Part shown: one piece after another, positions 38,387 through 48,808 of the stretch
How the letters are laid out: the number at the start of each line of letters is the position of its first letter
Numbering within the stretch: position 1 is the first letter of the stretch
Source: a virus
IMG/VR virus record: IMGVR_UViG_3300048837_000975
Span: 61,691-125,690 of that record
DNA: 64,000 nucleotides
Reading direction: 5' to 3' (one strand)
Translations under genes and position numbers: made by a program
The notes under the pieces: generated by a model
Databases searched by the model: none
Seen by the model: the letters and a program-made list of their open reading frames with translations, nothing else
Told to the model about the DNA's origin: nothing

Positions 38387-39135
38387 ACGATCTTTTCATC
38401 TGGGTAAATCACTGCGCGCAACGTGAAGGAACCGGTTTTCTTGAAGAAACTGTAAGATCTCTAGACGCTAGCGATGCTGTCGGTCGTTACGAGGTATGGA
38501 CGCACGATCCGGCTGAGCAGAGCCAAAACGACTGGCTGGTTGACCGGCTTCGACAGGCCGCGTCAATGTCAAAATGGTTCATCCGTCTCGAGAATGATGT
38601 TGTCGTCAACAGAAACCTGTGTCACAACGTCTGTAACTGGAGTGCCACGGAAGAGCCTGACTTTGGGCTCGGTCTGCTGTTTGGAAACTGGACCATTTTC
38701 AATGGCGCCGCCCGCCTGAACCTATCTAGGAACAAGAACGGAAACCTGTCTAGGAAGACTCGATGGATTGAAGGCGCTCAGGCGCAGCTGTTCAAAAGCT
38801 CGACCGTTGAGCGCATTCTTAGCAACTATGCGAAGAACAAGCGCGAGCTACAGCTTGCTCCGTGGTACACAGAGGACAGGTGTATGCCTGACTTCTGGGT
38901 GTCGACAGGAGTTTTTGAAGCTGGTCTAGCTACATACATTCACACTCCAAGCCTAGTTCAGCACGTTGGAACGGTCAGCACGTTCGGTGGAAAAGACGCC
39001 AGCACGATATACTCCGAAGACTTTGATTTAAATTGGAAGAACGATGGATCCACTGTATCTCACCATTCAAGGACAGTCCGACAAGGTCGTCGCGCACGCC
39101 TGCGGAAAATGCCGGGTCGTCGCGCCAAGCCTTGA
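38374..39135 (+). CDS. GT-A-type glycosyltransferase-like protein
   Basis: RLENDV DxD-like motif; PSLVQHVG..ST. Confidence 0.6.
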   Translation: MVKIDDLFIWVNHCAQREGTGFLEETVRSLDASDAVGRYEVWTHDPAEQSQNDWLVDRLRQAASMSKWFIRLENDVVVNRNLCHNVCNWSATEEPDFGLGLLFGNWTIFNGAARLNLSRNKNGNLSRKTRWIEGAQAQLFKSSTVERILSNYAKNKRELQLAPWYTEDRCMPDFWVSTGVFEAGLATYIHTPSLVQHVGTVSTFGGKDASTIYSEDFDLNWKNDGSTVSHHSRTVRQGRRARLRKMPGRRAKP

Positions 39136-40857
39136 GGACGCTGAGAAGTGCTGCAAGCCGACTGTTTGCGCCTGCGGAACTCCTACTATTAACAAGTACT
39201 TCGATCAGTGTACGGAGTGTCGTAATCGAAGGATGATGATTGAGAGCGCTGAGCGCGAGAACGCCAGAATCGCCTCACTGAAGCGCGTACGGATCGAGGA
39301 CTACGACGGGGATGGTTTCTTCCTGGACGGAGAGTACTGTGCGGACGAGTTCGACCTTGCTGACCAGATCAGAGACAAGTACGATCTCGGAGAGGAGCCT
39401 AGCCACGTCTTCTCAGCAAACAAGCTGAGTTTTGGGTTCAACGCCGAAGATATGCTCGAAAATGCTTTATCTGATCTTGGTGTAGATATGAGAGTCTCCG
39501 ACCTGTGTTTGGACGGAAAGGACCTTCAGAGAAGGCTCGACGAGTGGATCTCCGAGAATCCCATCAACTGGTACGAGGAGGGCGGGCTGCTTGTTGAATT
39601 ATCGGAAGAGTGGCTGGACGAGGTGAGAGACAATGAGCGCTAAGACGAAGTGGACCAGAGAGGCAGGCGGCATCTACCACCTGCATGGAACGACCTGCGT
39701 AAGAAGAGTTCTCCATGTGAACGAAGATCTCAAGTCGTCTGGGTCTTCGTACCACTGGGAGGTTCGTTCGACGGATCCTCGAGCTGAGCACCTTAGCCAG
39801 TTTTCGTTCAAAAACCTGGTTTGCGCGAAGGCGGCCGTTGAGAAGTCTTTGGATCTGTATGTGTATGCGGTGATGTCGCGCAATTTCCTAGATGTTAGAG
39901 TAAAACGTACGGTTGGAGCTTTATTGGACAGAAACGTAAGGTCCTTCGCCACCGAGGAAGAAGCTGAGTCTTATGCTGCTGTCATGGTTATGAAAGAACA
40001 ATGAGCGTAGAGCTTCGCTGGAATCAGGATTCGGAAGGACCGTGGCGCCTCGTGTCAGGAGACGGAACGGAACTGGCATCCGTGCGGATATACGGTAAGC
40101 TGCGAATTGACGACCTGGTTTTCTCCAGGATCTATATTTGCGAGTCCCCTGGTAAAATCAGCTTCGAGTGTCAGATTCTTGAGCGCTCTCTGCACAAGTG
40201 TGAAAAGCTGCTTGGTTTATGGACCGTATCAACGCACACGGAGCCATCAGCTGTTAGCTGCAGCAGAGTGATTCGCAACGAACACAGCTACTTTGGTATC
40301 AGGCCGGTCGGGTATCACGACAAGGGACTGGTTAAAGAAGCTGATTGGATTGCCTCAGTACAGGCTCCTCGCTTTCTGAATCAGGAGGACGCTGAGGCGT
40401 ACGCTGCTCTTCTTACTCTGAAGAAATCAGGATGATCATGGCAGAAGCATTCTGGGAGTACGATATAGACAAGAATTCGTGGCACCTTATGGAGGGATGC
40501 AAGGAGCTGTGTTCTGTGTTTGAATCGTACATCAATCCAGTAGGGCTTCCTCGAAGCGGTTGGTCTAATAGGATCCCTGGAGGAGGCATTCCTGGGTCGT
40601 TCAGTTTCCGAGAAGAGGCGATCTTGGATTGCGAAACTGCTCTCAGTCTGTGGGTCGTATTCGATTACCCGGTACCAAAAGCCTCACTGTCAAGCCGCTG
40701 TAACAACATACATGAAAGGTTTGAAGGTCAAGGCGGCTGCTTTTGCTATGTAAACGGAATCGCTAGATATCTCCCTCCTCTGTCCGCTCCAAGGTTCCTT
40801 AAGCAGGAGGATGCTGAGGCTTACGCTGCCGTTATGGTTATGGGGAAAGCACCGTGA
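39044..40857 (+). other. Four hypothetical CDSs (39044-39643, 39633-40004, 40001-40435, 40432-40857); the last three share a C-terminal motif
   Basis: Coupled ORFs; F...E[ED]AE[AS]YAA ending. Confidence 0.6.
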
Positions 40858-40924
40858 ACGAACTTGTTTTTGCTGCAGTTGTGCTGTCGTTCCTGTGGGG
40901 ACTTATACTTGGTGAGGACTACCG

Positions 40925-41920
40925 ATGAGCTCAGATTCAAACGTGTATGTTGTTAGAGTTGACGAGGTGCGGAAGCACGAGAACGCAGACACTCTCGGGA
41001 TCGTCAACGTGTTTGGCGGATACCCGTGCATCGTTCGATTGGCCGACTTCAAAGCAGGAGATCTGGCAGCGTACATTCCGATTGACATGATCGTTGATTC
41101 GACACGGCCAGAGTTCAGTCACATGGTCGGGAAGGAGAGAATCAAGGCTGTTCGCCTACGAGGCATCTTCTCGATGGGCCTGCTGGTGAAGGCTCCGGAA
41201 GGAAGTAGGGAGGGCGACGTTGTCACCGAGACGCTGGGGTGCGTCAAGTGGGAGCCAGACCAGAGCAACCTTCCGGCCTGGTACAATCAGCCCGGCAGGA
41301 AGATCCGGTTCGATCAGGCGACTCCGCCGGACGGGCACTTCCCGTACTATGACATCGAGAACATTCGGCGCTGGAAGAGCGTTCTCGATGAAGGCGAGGA
41401 GGTTGTTCTGACCGAGAAGATCCACGGAAGCTCCTGCGTCTATCACTATGACGGTGAGATCTTCCACGTCCGCTCTCGAAACCACTGGCGGAAGCCTAGC
41501 GACTCCTGCCACTTCTGGAGAGCTGCGCAGAAGCAGGAGATCGCAAGGAAGATCCGTGCCTATGAGCACCTGGCGTTCTACGGAGAGGTGTTCGGACCCG
41601 TTCAGGATCTGAAGTACGGACTTGTCGATCCTACGTTCCGGTGCTTCGACATTCTGAACATACGCAACGGTGAGTGGCTCAACTACGATGACGCTCAGGC
41701 GGTTCTTCGAGACGCTGCAATCGAGTCGGTTCCGCTGATCTACCGAGGCCCGTGGCAGGAGTCTTTGACGGAGACCATGTGCGAAGGAACGTCTCTGATC
41801 GCGTCACACACGCGCGAAGGATTCGTCGCGAAACCAACAAAAGAGCGCTACCATCACAGTCTTGGACGTGTTATTCTGAAAAGCGTCGGACAAGGATACC
41901 TTCTGCGAAAAGAGAAGTAG
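40925..41920 (+). CDS. ATP-dependent RNA ligase (DRB0094/Rnl5-like) with N-terminal OB domain
   Basis: HENADTL OB-type start; motif I EKIHGS, YGEVFG, FDI, EGFV, ILK. Confidence 0.85.
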   Translation: MSSDSNVYVVRVDEVRKHENADTLGIVNVFGGYPCIVRLADFKAGDLAAYIPIDMIVDSTRPEFSHMVGKERIKAVRLRGIFSMGLLVKAPEGSREGDVVTETLGCVKWEPDQSNLPAWYNQPGRKIRFDQATPPDGHFPYYDIENIRRWKSVLDEGEEVVLTEKIHGSSCVYHYDGEIFHVRSRNHWRKPSDSCHFWRAAQKQEIARKIRAYEHLAFYGEVFGPVQDLKYGLVDPTFRCFDILNIRNGEWLNYDDAQAVLRDAAIESVPLIYRGPWQESLTETMCEGTSLIASHTREGFVAKPTKERYHHSLGRVILKSVGQGYLLRKEK

Positions 41921-41921
41921 C

Positions 41922-42290
41922 ATGGGAACAAATTTCTATCTGGTGTTCGAGACGAAACCTCCGTGCGAAGCCTGCTGCCGACCGTTCGAGAAAGAGCGGA
42001 AGCACATCGGGAAGTCCTCGTGGGGCTGGCGATTTTCCTTGCACGTGATCCCGGAAGATGGCATAAACAGTCTCGACGACTGGAAGCGAGAATGGAGCAA
42101 GCCAAACTCGTTCATAGAAAACGAGTACGGCGAACGAGTATCTACTGACAAGCTTCTTGATATCATCACGAAGCGATACCCTGGTCGATTCTGTCAAGCC
42201 GACCAGCAGCTGGCTGCTCATCCGATTGGACCTTATTGCATCGGAAGAGGCGAAGGACCGTGGGACCTTGTTCCCGGGGAGTTCTCATGA
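41922..42290 (+). CDS. Phage hypothetical protein
   Basis: MGTNFY..HIGKSSWGWRF..I.NEYG pattern. Confidence 0.65.
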   Translation: MGTNFYLVFETKPPCEACCRPFEKERKHIGKSSWGWRFSLHVIPEDGINSLDDWKREWSKPNSFIENEYGERVSTDKLLDIITKRYPGRFCQADQQLAAHPIGPYCIGRGEGPWDLVPGEFS

Positions 42291-42475
42291 CTTACGAATA
42301 CAAGTGTTCAGCGTGCGGTCACGAATGGGAAGCGGAACAGAAGATTTCGGAAGAGCCGCTCAAGTCGTGCCCAAAGTGCGGCCTTACCGAGGCGAAGCGC
42401 CAGATCAACGCTGGAGGCGGGTTCAGGCTTGCTGAGGGCGGAGTTGGTTGGGCAAAGAACCTGTACAGCAAGTGA
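42287..42475 (+). CDS. FmdB-like zinc-ribbon protein
   Basis: YEYKCSACGH..CPKCG..R.I. Confidence 0.8.
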   Translation: MTYEYKCSACGHEWEAEQKISEEPLKSCPKCGLTEAKRQINAGGGFRLAEGGVGWAKNLYSK

Positions 42476-42548
42476 AGTTATGAGAACAACTCGGCGGAAC
42501 AGTGCTGTATGTTGCGCCGATTGCGGCGTTTTGTTCGGTTGTTTGCCA

Positions 42549-43610
42549 ATGACAAGACTAACCATCACAGACCTTGAGGACGTGCGTAAAGGACACGGAT
42601 CGCCTTCTAATACCGTCCCCTTGAACACGATCTTGCTTGGAGATTGCCTAAATCTACTTCGGACCATGCCACCGAGCTGTGTCGACCTGATCGTGAGTTC
42701 GCCGCCGTACAACCTAGGAAAGGAGTACGAGGCTCGCTGTGCCCTTGATGTCTATCTGGAGGAACAGACCGAGGTTCTGCGCGAGTGCGTCCGCGTGCTC
42801 AAGCCGAGCGGATCAATCTTCTGGCAGGTCGGGGCGTTTTCAGATGATGGAGCATTGATTCCACTCGACATCCGCTTCTTTCCAATACTTGAAAGACTCG
42901 GACTCATTCCCAAAAACCGAATTGTTTGGGCTCGACAACACGGGCTTCATGCGACGAAAAAGTTTTCTTGTCGGTACGAGACCATCCTGTGGTTTACGAA
43001 GACTCCTGAATATGTATTCCATTTAGACCCGATTCGGGTGCCCCAGAAGTATCAGAACAAAAAGCATTTTCGGGGTGACCGGAAGGGTGAGTTTTCATGC
43101 AATCCCGACGGCAAGAATCCAGGCGATATCTGGATGTTTCGCAACGTTAAGCACAATCACGAAGAACAAACGATTCATCCGTGTCAGTTCCCGGAAGACC
43201 TCGTCGCGCGCATTTTGCTCGCTACCACTGACGAGGGCAGTGTGGTTTTGGATCCATACATGGGTACAGGCACCGTCGCAGTCGTGGCGCGCGACCATGG
43301 TCGACGCTTCGTGGGCGCCGAACTTGATCCCAAGTACCACGCGGTTGCGGTGCGGCGGCTTACGGGAACTCCTGACGCTAACGGGATGTTCCCGAACCTG
43401 AAGACTCTGCGCGACTATTGCGAGAGAACTGGAGCGTCGACTTCTAGGTTCCGCTTCGATGTGCAAGTTGGCGCTGTCGCCAGCGAGCGCTCAAAGGCGA
43501 AGATTTTCTCCGAAGAGCATCATCTTGAGGAACTCGAACGGCGACTCGGTTACGAGGAGGGCGCGTTTGCCGCGAAGCGTCGGGGCGCGACGGTCCTGGA
43601 AAGCAAGTGA
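42549..43610 (+). CDS. Beta-class amino-DNA methyltransferase (probably N4-cytosine)
   Basis: GDC, SSPPY, HPCQFP, VLDPYMGTGT. Confidence 0.88.
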   Translation: MTRLTITDLEDVRKGHGSPSNTVPLNTILLGDCLNLLRTMPPSCVDLIVSSPPYNLGKEYEARCALDVYLEEQTEVLRECVRVLKPSGSIFWQVGAFSDDGALIPLDIRFFPILERLGLIPKNRIVWARQHGLHATKKFSCRYETILWFTKTPEYVFHLDPIRVPQKYQNKKHFRGDRKGEFSCNPDGKNPGDIWMFRNVKHNHEEQTIHPCQFPEDLVARILLATTDEGSVVLDPYMGTGTVAVVARDHGRRFVGAELDPKYHAVAVRRLTGTPDANGMFPNLKTLRDYCERTGASTSRFRFDVQVGAVASERSKAKIFSEEHHLEELERRLGYEEGAFAAKRRGATVLESK

Positions 43611-43614
43611 CCAT

Positions 43615-44554
43615 ATGTCTAAGATAACAACATTTGAGCTTGAGGAGCTTCACACGTGCTGCTACTCCCACCGGGAACGTATCCTGAAGGAAGAGACGAT
43701 CGGCTGTTTCTTCTGCAGAAACATGTCAAAGTCGTCCGATATCAAGGAGTGGGCAGACAAGGGAACAACGGCGTTGTGCCCAAAGTGCGGAGTTGATGCT
43801 GTTCTCCCCGGAAGTGTTTGCGACGAGTCCGTGTTGATTAAAATGGACAACTATTGGTTTGGCTTTGCGATAAGCGGACACGAGGAGTCATGAGCGGAGA
43901 ACCTTGTGCGTCGACAGGCGGCGACTGGAATCTGCTGATTCCGCTTGTGGTGATGCCGGTGCTTCTTGCTTTCTGCATCAACGCTTTCTCGAGCGATCCA
44001 CCGACTTGCCAGGATCGGATTATTACCGAAGGTCGCTGCTCAGATTACCCGGGAAGCCGAGGAAGCGATCTCGTTGTTGATCGAGGTGTCGCAACCTGTA
44101 GGTGTAAGAAATGAGCTGGGAAACCGTGTACGACGGTTACGCGAAGCTGGCTTCCGCGGAGAAGGCTGTCGCTGCTGTTGAGGCGCTTCTGAAGGAGCTT
44201 TCTGTGCTTGGGGCAAGGAGCGACGGTCTGGCTCACATCAAGGACATTCTCAGGATGTACGGGTTGCAACTTGATTCATGCAAGTTCAAGCCCGGCGACG
44301 TTGTCACCTTCAAGAAGAAGTGGGAGTTCGGCCCGGACCACGGGTGGCGCGCTTATGCGCACATGTTCGTTCCTGGCAGGCTAGCTGATGTGGTTGCGAT
44401 CACGATCAGTGACGGAATGCCGTTCGTTACGATTCGATTCCAGGAGAATACGTTTATTCCGGAAGGCGGACCTGACAAAGGAAAAGAGGTTATCTCGAAG
44501 TACGACAGTGGATTGTTTTCAAACATTCCTGAAGACGAGCTGATTCCCCAATGA
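43615..44554 (+). other. Three small CDSs (43615-43893 Zn-binding, 43890-44114 membrane, 44111-44554)
   Basis: ATGA coupling; CFFC..CPKC in the first. Confidence 0.6.
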
Positions 44555-45234
44555 GCGCAACCAACCGAGGCGGTTCGCGAATCGCGAACGACTTCTACCC
44601 GACTCCAGAGTGGCTGACCGAGGCTATTCTGGCAAAGATCCGTATTGAGGATGTGATTCTGGATCCGTTCGCCGGAACCGGAGACATCCTTGCGGTTGCG
44701 AAGCGTGTCTTTCCAAAAGCTTCGTTGTACGCGATTGAGCTCAACGAAAGTCGAGCAAAACTGTGTAAGAAGGTCGCGTCTGTCCAGGTTGGAGATGCGC
44801 TAACAACCGATCCTGGGCTTCACCCTAAACGAATCACGATCGTAACCAATCCTCCGTTTGGAATGGCTCTCCAGGCCGTTCAACGGTGTATGGATCTGGC
44901 GGACAGTAGCGCTATCCTGCTTCCGACCTCGTTTTCTGGAAGCGAGGAGCGCCGGAAGTTCTGGGATGGTATCCAGTACGGCCCCTGGCGCTGCGATCGG
45001 TACGACTCCGTTCGCCGACCGTCATTCTGCAAGAGTATACGCTGCTCCGACAAAGAAGGATGCGGATGGTCCGTAAAGCTTTCTCCAAACGCCGAGACGA
45101 TCCGTAACTGCCCGAGATGCGACAAGAAAACCAAATCCTCGTCCTCGGACGCTCAGACGTACTCGTGGTTTCACTTCCAACGTCTGAATCAGGCGAAGGA
45201 CGGCGGCTATGTGGGGACCTGGCATGTCATTTAG
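44551..45234 (+). CDS. DNA N6-adenine methyltransferase-like protein
   Basis: DFYPTP, LDPFAGTG and NPPF motifs. Confidence 0.8.
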   Translation: MSATNRGGSRIANDFYPTPEWLTEAILAKIRIEDVILDPFAGTGDILAVAKRVFPKASLYAIELNESRAKLCKKVASVQVGDALTTDPGLHPKRITIVTNPPFGMALQAVQRCMDLADSSAILLPTSFSGSEERRKFWDGIQYGPWRCDRYDSVRRPSFCKSIRCSDKEGCGWSVKLSPNAETIRNCPRCDKKTKSSSSDAQTYSWFHFQRLNQAKDGGYVGTWHVI

Positions 45235-45463
45235 TCGAATCCGAGAACCGAGCCGGCGCCAGATGAAGTGGCCTCGGGTCGATCGCGAGGTTCGCGATGG
45301 GCTTGTGCGTCATATCTTCCTGAACAAAAACCAGGACGGAACCTGGAGCGCTTGGACGAATGTTGGGCCGCTTGGCTACAGCGGATCAGGAAGCGACCAG
45401 AACGAGGCTCTGGCGGAGATGTTTCGGACGGCTCTTGATTGGGTTGAGACTCGAGATGGCTAA
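45224..45463 (+). CDS. Hypothetical protein
   Basis: Short coupled ORF. Confidence 0.45.
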   Translation: MSFSRIREPSRRQMKWPRVDREVRDGLVRHIFLNKNQDGTWSAWTNVGPLGYSGSGSDQNEALAEMFRTALDWVETRDG

Positions 45464-46235
45464 GCTGATAGAGCTTTATGCTGGCTTTGCCGGTCTGTCG
45501 TGTTACGTCCTTGGCGCTCGTCCTCCTGTTAGCCGCATCGGGTCCAAGTTTGGTTATGCTGAAGCGATTCTTGATGAATCCGGTTTCTCAAAGTCAGATT
45601 TTGAGTCAATTCTGATAGTTGACTCAGACGAGCGCGTGACCAATCTTTGGTCTTGTCTGATGATTCAGGGAGCGATCGGGCTGCGCGCAGAGCTTCTTAT
45701 GGAGCGCGGTAAGGAGGGCTGGGAATACGCAAGAACCGAGTCTCCGTGCAGCGCTGCCGATCATGAGGCTGCCGCTGCTTTCGTTGTTTCTGTTGCCGGA
45801 TCCAGAGGCGGAGTAGGTGGGTGGCGCGGAACGCACAAGCACCGTCCTTCTGTTAACGGGTTTTCTCCGTCACCTGAAACCATAAAGAAGCGACTGGATC
45901 GTCTGTCCGACCTGCTTGGAAGGATGCCAAGGTGCTCCTGGACGATCAACCGGAAAGCCGAAGAGATTCCTCCGACTGCGTTCGGAACAGGGAATCTGGT
46001 GTACATTGATCCACCGTATTATGGGAGGACAGGATACGGAAAGCAGGAGCGCTCCGACTTCGTTAGCGTTGCTGAGTCCTGGCGTGTAGCCGGTAACAAA
46101 GTTATCGTCAGTTACGACAGTCCGGTAGAGATCGGGCAGTCCTGGAGACACGTGGATATAACTAGCAAAAGGAAGGGCCAGAAGCGTGTTTCCTTATCAA
46201 AGAACAATAGAGAATGGTTGACGATTAGCTCTTGA
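45456..46235 (+). CDS. Divergent Dam-like adenine methyltransferase
   Basis: ELYAG, GSK, VYIDPPY and a terminal EWL. Confidence 0.7.
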   Translation: MAKLIELYAGFAGLSCYVLGARPPVSRIGSKFGYAEAILDESGFSKSDFESILIVDSDERVTNLWSCLMIQGAIGLRAELLMERGKEGWEYARTESPCSAADHEAAAAFVVSVAGSRGGVGGWRGTHKHRPSVNGFSPSPETIKKRLDRLSDLLGRMPRCSWTINRKAEEIPPTAFGTGNLVYIDPPYYGRTGYGKQERSDFVSVAESWRVAGNKVIVSYDSPVEIGQSWRHVDITSKRKGQKRVSLSKNNREWLTISS

Positions 46236-46260
46236 CTGGTCTGTGGCCATCGGTTAGACT
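46232..46260 (+). promoter_or_regulatory. Sigma70 promoter for a non-coding transcript
   Basis: TTGACT-17 nt-TAGACT. Confidence 0.75.
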
Positions 46261-46266
46261 GTTTCC

Positions 46267-46925
46267 GTAGCTCGAGTTAACGAGAAGTCATACTGTTCAA
46301 GGTGCGCCTGATCACCGCAAACCAGAACAGAGGAACGTAGCGACGGAGACACCGTCGTGTCGGGTTCGATTCCCGAGCTTCTCCTAAGGTCGGTTCGATT
46401 CCGACTCGGTGGCAGAGGTCTGGTGAGACGGGAGGCGGTTCAACTCCGTGATGTGACTCCGGCGAGTCAAAGGCCCGCGAGTGGTAGGCGTAAACATCCA
46501 CAAGCCCAGCGGAAGGCGGATCCGTACTGGTGAACGAGGGATCCGCACGGAGAGGCACCTACCGTTAACTGGTGCCTAGTCGAACGCCGGAGAAATGGCT
46601 AGGCGTGGCAGCCGGGAGAGACCGGCTTTCGCCGCATCATGGATGAGCAAAGGCAGCTGGGCGCCAAAAGATCCAGACGTAAGCGCGTCGGAGCTGGTTC
46701 GATTCCAGCCTGCGGCTCCAGTGGAGATCGGTTGAGCGATAGCCTTAACTCCACTTCAAAACAAAGGGTAATCGCTACCGGAATCCCGATCTGCCGGACT
46801 ACCAAGTACGGGCTGTCGAGGGTTATCCTTCGATAAGTGCGATCCGCGGCCATAACTATTGAGCGGTGACGAGTGGGAAAAGTACCACTAGCCCTGCTCA
46901 GGGAAACCTGGGCGGGGCATTTTTA
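46267..46925 (+). ncRNA. Candidate ~650-nt structured non-coding RNA with four T-loop hairpins
   Basis: Bounded by a promoter and a terminator; no credible ORF; TTCGATT/TTCAACT loops on 4-5 bp stems at 46360, 46389, 46435 and 46693. Confidence 0.65.
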
Positions 46926-47916
46926 TTGTCGACACGAGCTTAAAGAGAGAGGACCCGCCAGGTAGCCCACGCAGACCCCTTCTGAGGGCGTTTTCGTAGG
47001 ACTGCCACATGTCACCGCTCCCGTCATTTACTGGTCCGCTTTTATGAGACGGAAGAGTTCCTGTCCTTGTAAGAAATTCAGAAGCCATTTGGAGTATGTG
47101 TCCCTCGCTGAGCTTAGGAAGAGACTTCTGGTTCCTGAACCCCCTGTGACGCTTTAGCAAATCAGAAAGAGAAGACCCTCCAGGCAGACCCCTTGTTCCC
47201 CTGCGAAGACTTACGCAGTACCCGGCCCAGGTGTCGCCGCCTGTTCCGTCAACGGTCCCGCTTAGATAATTTGGCAGCTTTCCGTTCCTGCGAAGGAATT
47301 CATCTGCTCTTTGAAGAATCAGTTGCTCAGTGAGAGGCTCTAGCCTAAGCTTGTGCCTAGCGCCGCACGCATCGCTTAGCAGATTAGCCAGAGAAGATCC
47401 GCCTTTCAGCCCCCTGGTTCCGGATCTAAGATTTGCGTCGTACGACGCCCAGGTGTCGCATGTTCCTGAGACGCTTCCGCTTTTGTAGGAAGGCCACTTT
47501 CCTGTTTGGCTTTTGAATTCAACAGCCTTCCAAAGTATATAGGTCTCAGACAGTCTTGATTTTAGAGCTGCATTCTCGCCGCCAACAGAACCGTTGTATC
47601 CGCCCACAAAAGTCTTGTACAGATCAACGAGTTCGCGCTCCTGATCAAGAGCGATATCTCGCGACGGGCACGCCCTTAGCAAGCTCATGCTAAATGAGCG
47701 TTCCCCGTATTTGCGTATGGCCCTGTATAGCTTGTTTTTTGTGCCGCCCTTGATCCTGGCGCAAGAAAAATGAGACCTGAGTCTATAGTGCGGGTTCTCA
47801 GAAATACCAATGTAAGATTTGCCATTTGTGGAACACGTAATCATATAAACATAGCACAGAGGAGCCCCTCCGTCGCACAGATCTAAGAAGTCATTGTGTC
47901 TGCTAATCGTTGTCAT
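46888..47916 (-). CDS. GIY-YIG endonuclease with three tandem repeats (paralog of 2671-3948)
   Basis: YVY..SYIG..R..H..LYRAIRKYG..E..GYN; same DTW..Y..L..G.RGLPGGSSL repeats. Confidence 0.75.
   Translation of the reverse strand: MTTISRHNDFLDLCDGGAPLCYVYMITCSTNGKSYIGISENPHYRLRSHFSCARIKGGTKNKLYRAIRKYGERSFSMSLLRACPSRDIALDQERELVDLYKTFVGGYNGSVGGENAALKSRLSETYILWKAVEFKSQTGKWPSYKSGSVSGTCDTWASYDANLRSGTRGLKGGSSLANLLSDACGARHKLRLEPLTEQLILQRADEFLRRNGKLPNYLSGTVDGTGGDTWAGYCVSLRRGTRGLPGGSSLSDLLKRHRGFRNQKSLPKLSEGHILQMASEFLTRTGTLPSHKSGPVNDGSGDMWQSYENALRRGLRGLPGGSSLFKLVSTIKMPRPGFPEQG
46891..46927 (+). terminator. Intrinsic terminator
   Basis: GCCCTGCTCAGG-GAAA-CCTGGGCGGGGC-ATTTTTATT. Confidence 0.8.
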
Positions 47917-47988
47917 CAAACAGAAAAGCCAGAGTCTCCCCTGGCTAGCTGCGGCCGACATATGCCGACCTCGCGGGTTATGCCCGAA

Positions 47989-48654
47989 TCAACTATAGCG
48001 ATCCCTGTGTCTAGAGTCAACAGCGCTACGCTGTTCCTTCTCATCGAGTTTCGACCTCTTTTCCTGTCGAGTCTCGATCCGGTGATGAATGCAATGAAAT
48101 CGCTCCATCATACACATTCCGCAGCATCCTCTTACTCCAGCTGCCCTACGTCGCTTCCTCTTGAAGTTTGCCATCAGCGCACCCTTTCGCGGCCGTCAGC
48201 CGCTCGGACATGCTGAGCCTGATCTCTGGTACTGGTTCTGGATCGAAGCAAACGTCTGGATAGTCGTAGTAGTCGTCCAGATCCCAGAACTCGTTCCAGT
48301 TAGATGGTGATAAGTAGAGCTCGTACTCACGATCGCTATCGGCAAGATCTGACAGAATACGCTCCCTCTTGTCCGGTGGACTGTATAGCATCTCGTGCAC
48401 AACGAAGCAGGCCCTGTGACCCGAAGGGCACCGCAGGCGCTTCCTTGGCTTGCGCTCTCCAAATGAACGGCTCATCCGAAGTCCCAGTCAGTGAATCGGA
48501 TCGGCTTGAACTCGAAGTCTTCGCCTCGCTGTTTGAGCCGCTGGCGGTTGACACGCCGCTCCAGGCGATGTGCGTCAGCTCGCCAGTCCCCACGAGGACC
48601 GCCAACGATCTTGCGGATCCTCTTCAAGTTGGAGACGGTCATCTTCGCGTTCAT
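47989..48654 (-). other. Three small basic/acidic CDSs (48472-48654, 48146-48475, 47989-48174)
   Basis: Coupled minus-strand ORFs; minus-strand promoter TTGACA-17-TACTTT at 48807-48779. Confidence 0.55.
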
Positions 48655-48808
48655 ACCACTCTCCGTGCAGGAATAGGGAGCAAAGGCCGCGACACGCGAG
48701 CGCCGTAGCTAACCCGCGTCTCCTGGTCTAACGGCGACCCGCCCTTCCGCTTGCGCGGACGCTCCAGTGGACAGCTTCAAAGTAACTCTTCAACGATACT
48801 ATGTCAAC

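Noticed and set aside
46631-46720. Possible tRNA gene ending in CCA
   Set aside because: A T-arm and partial acceptor stem are present but no credible D arm or anticodon arm; treated as part of the larger ncRNA candidate.
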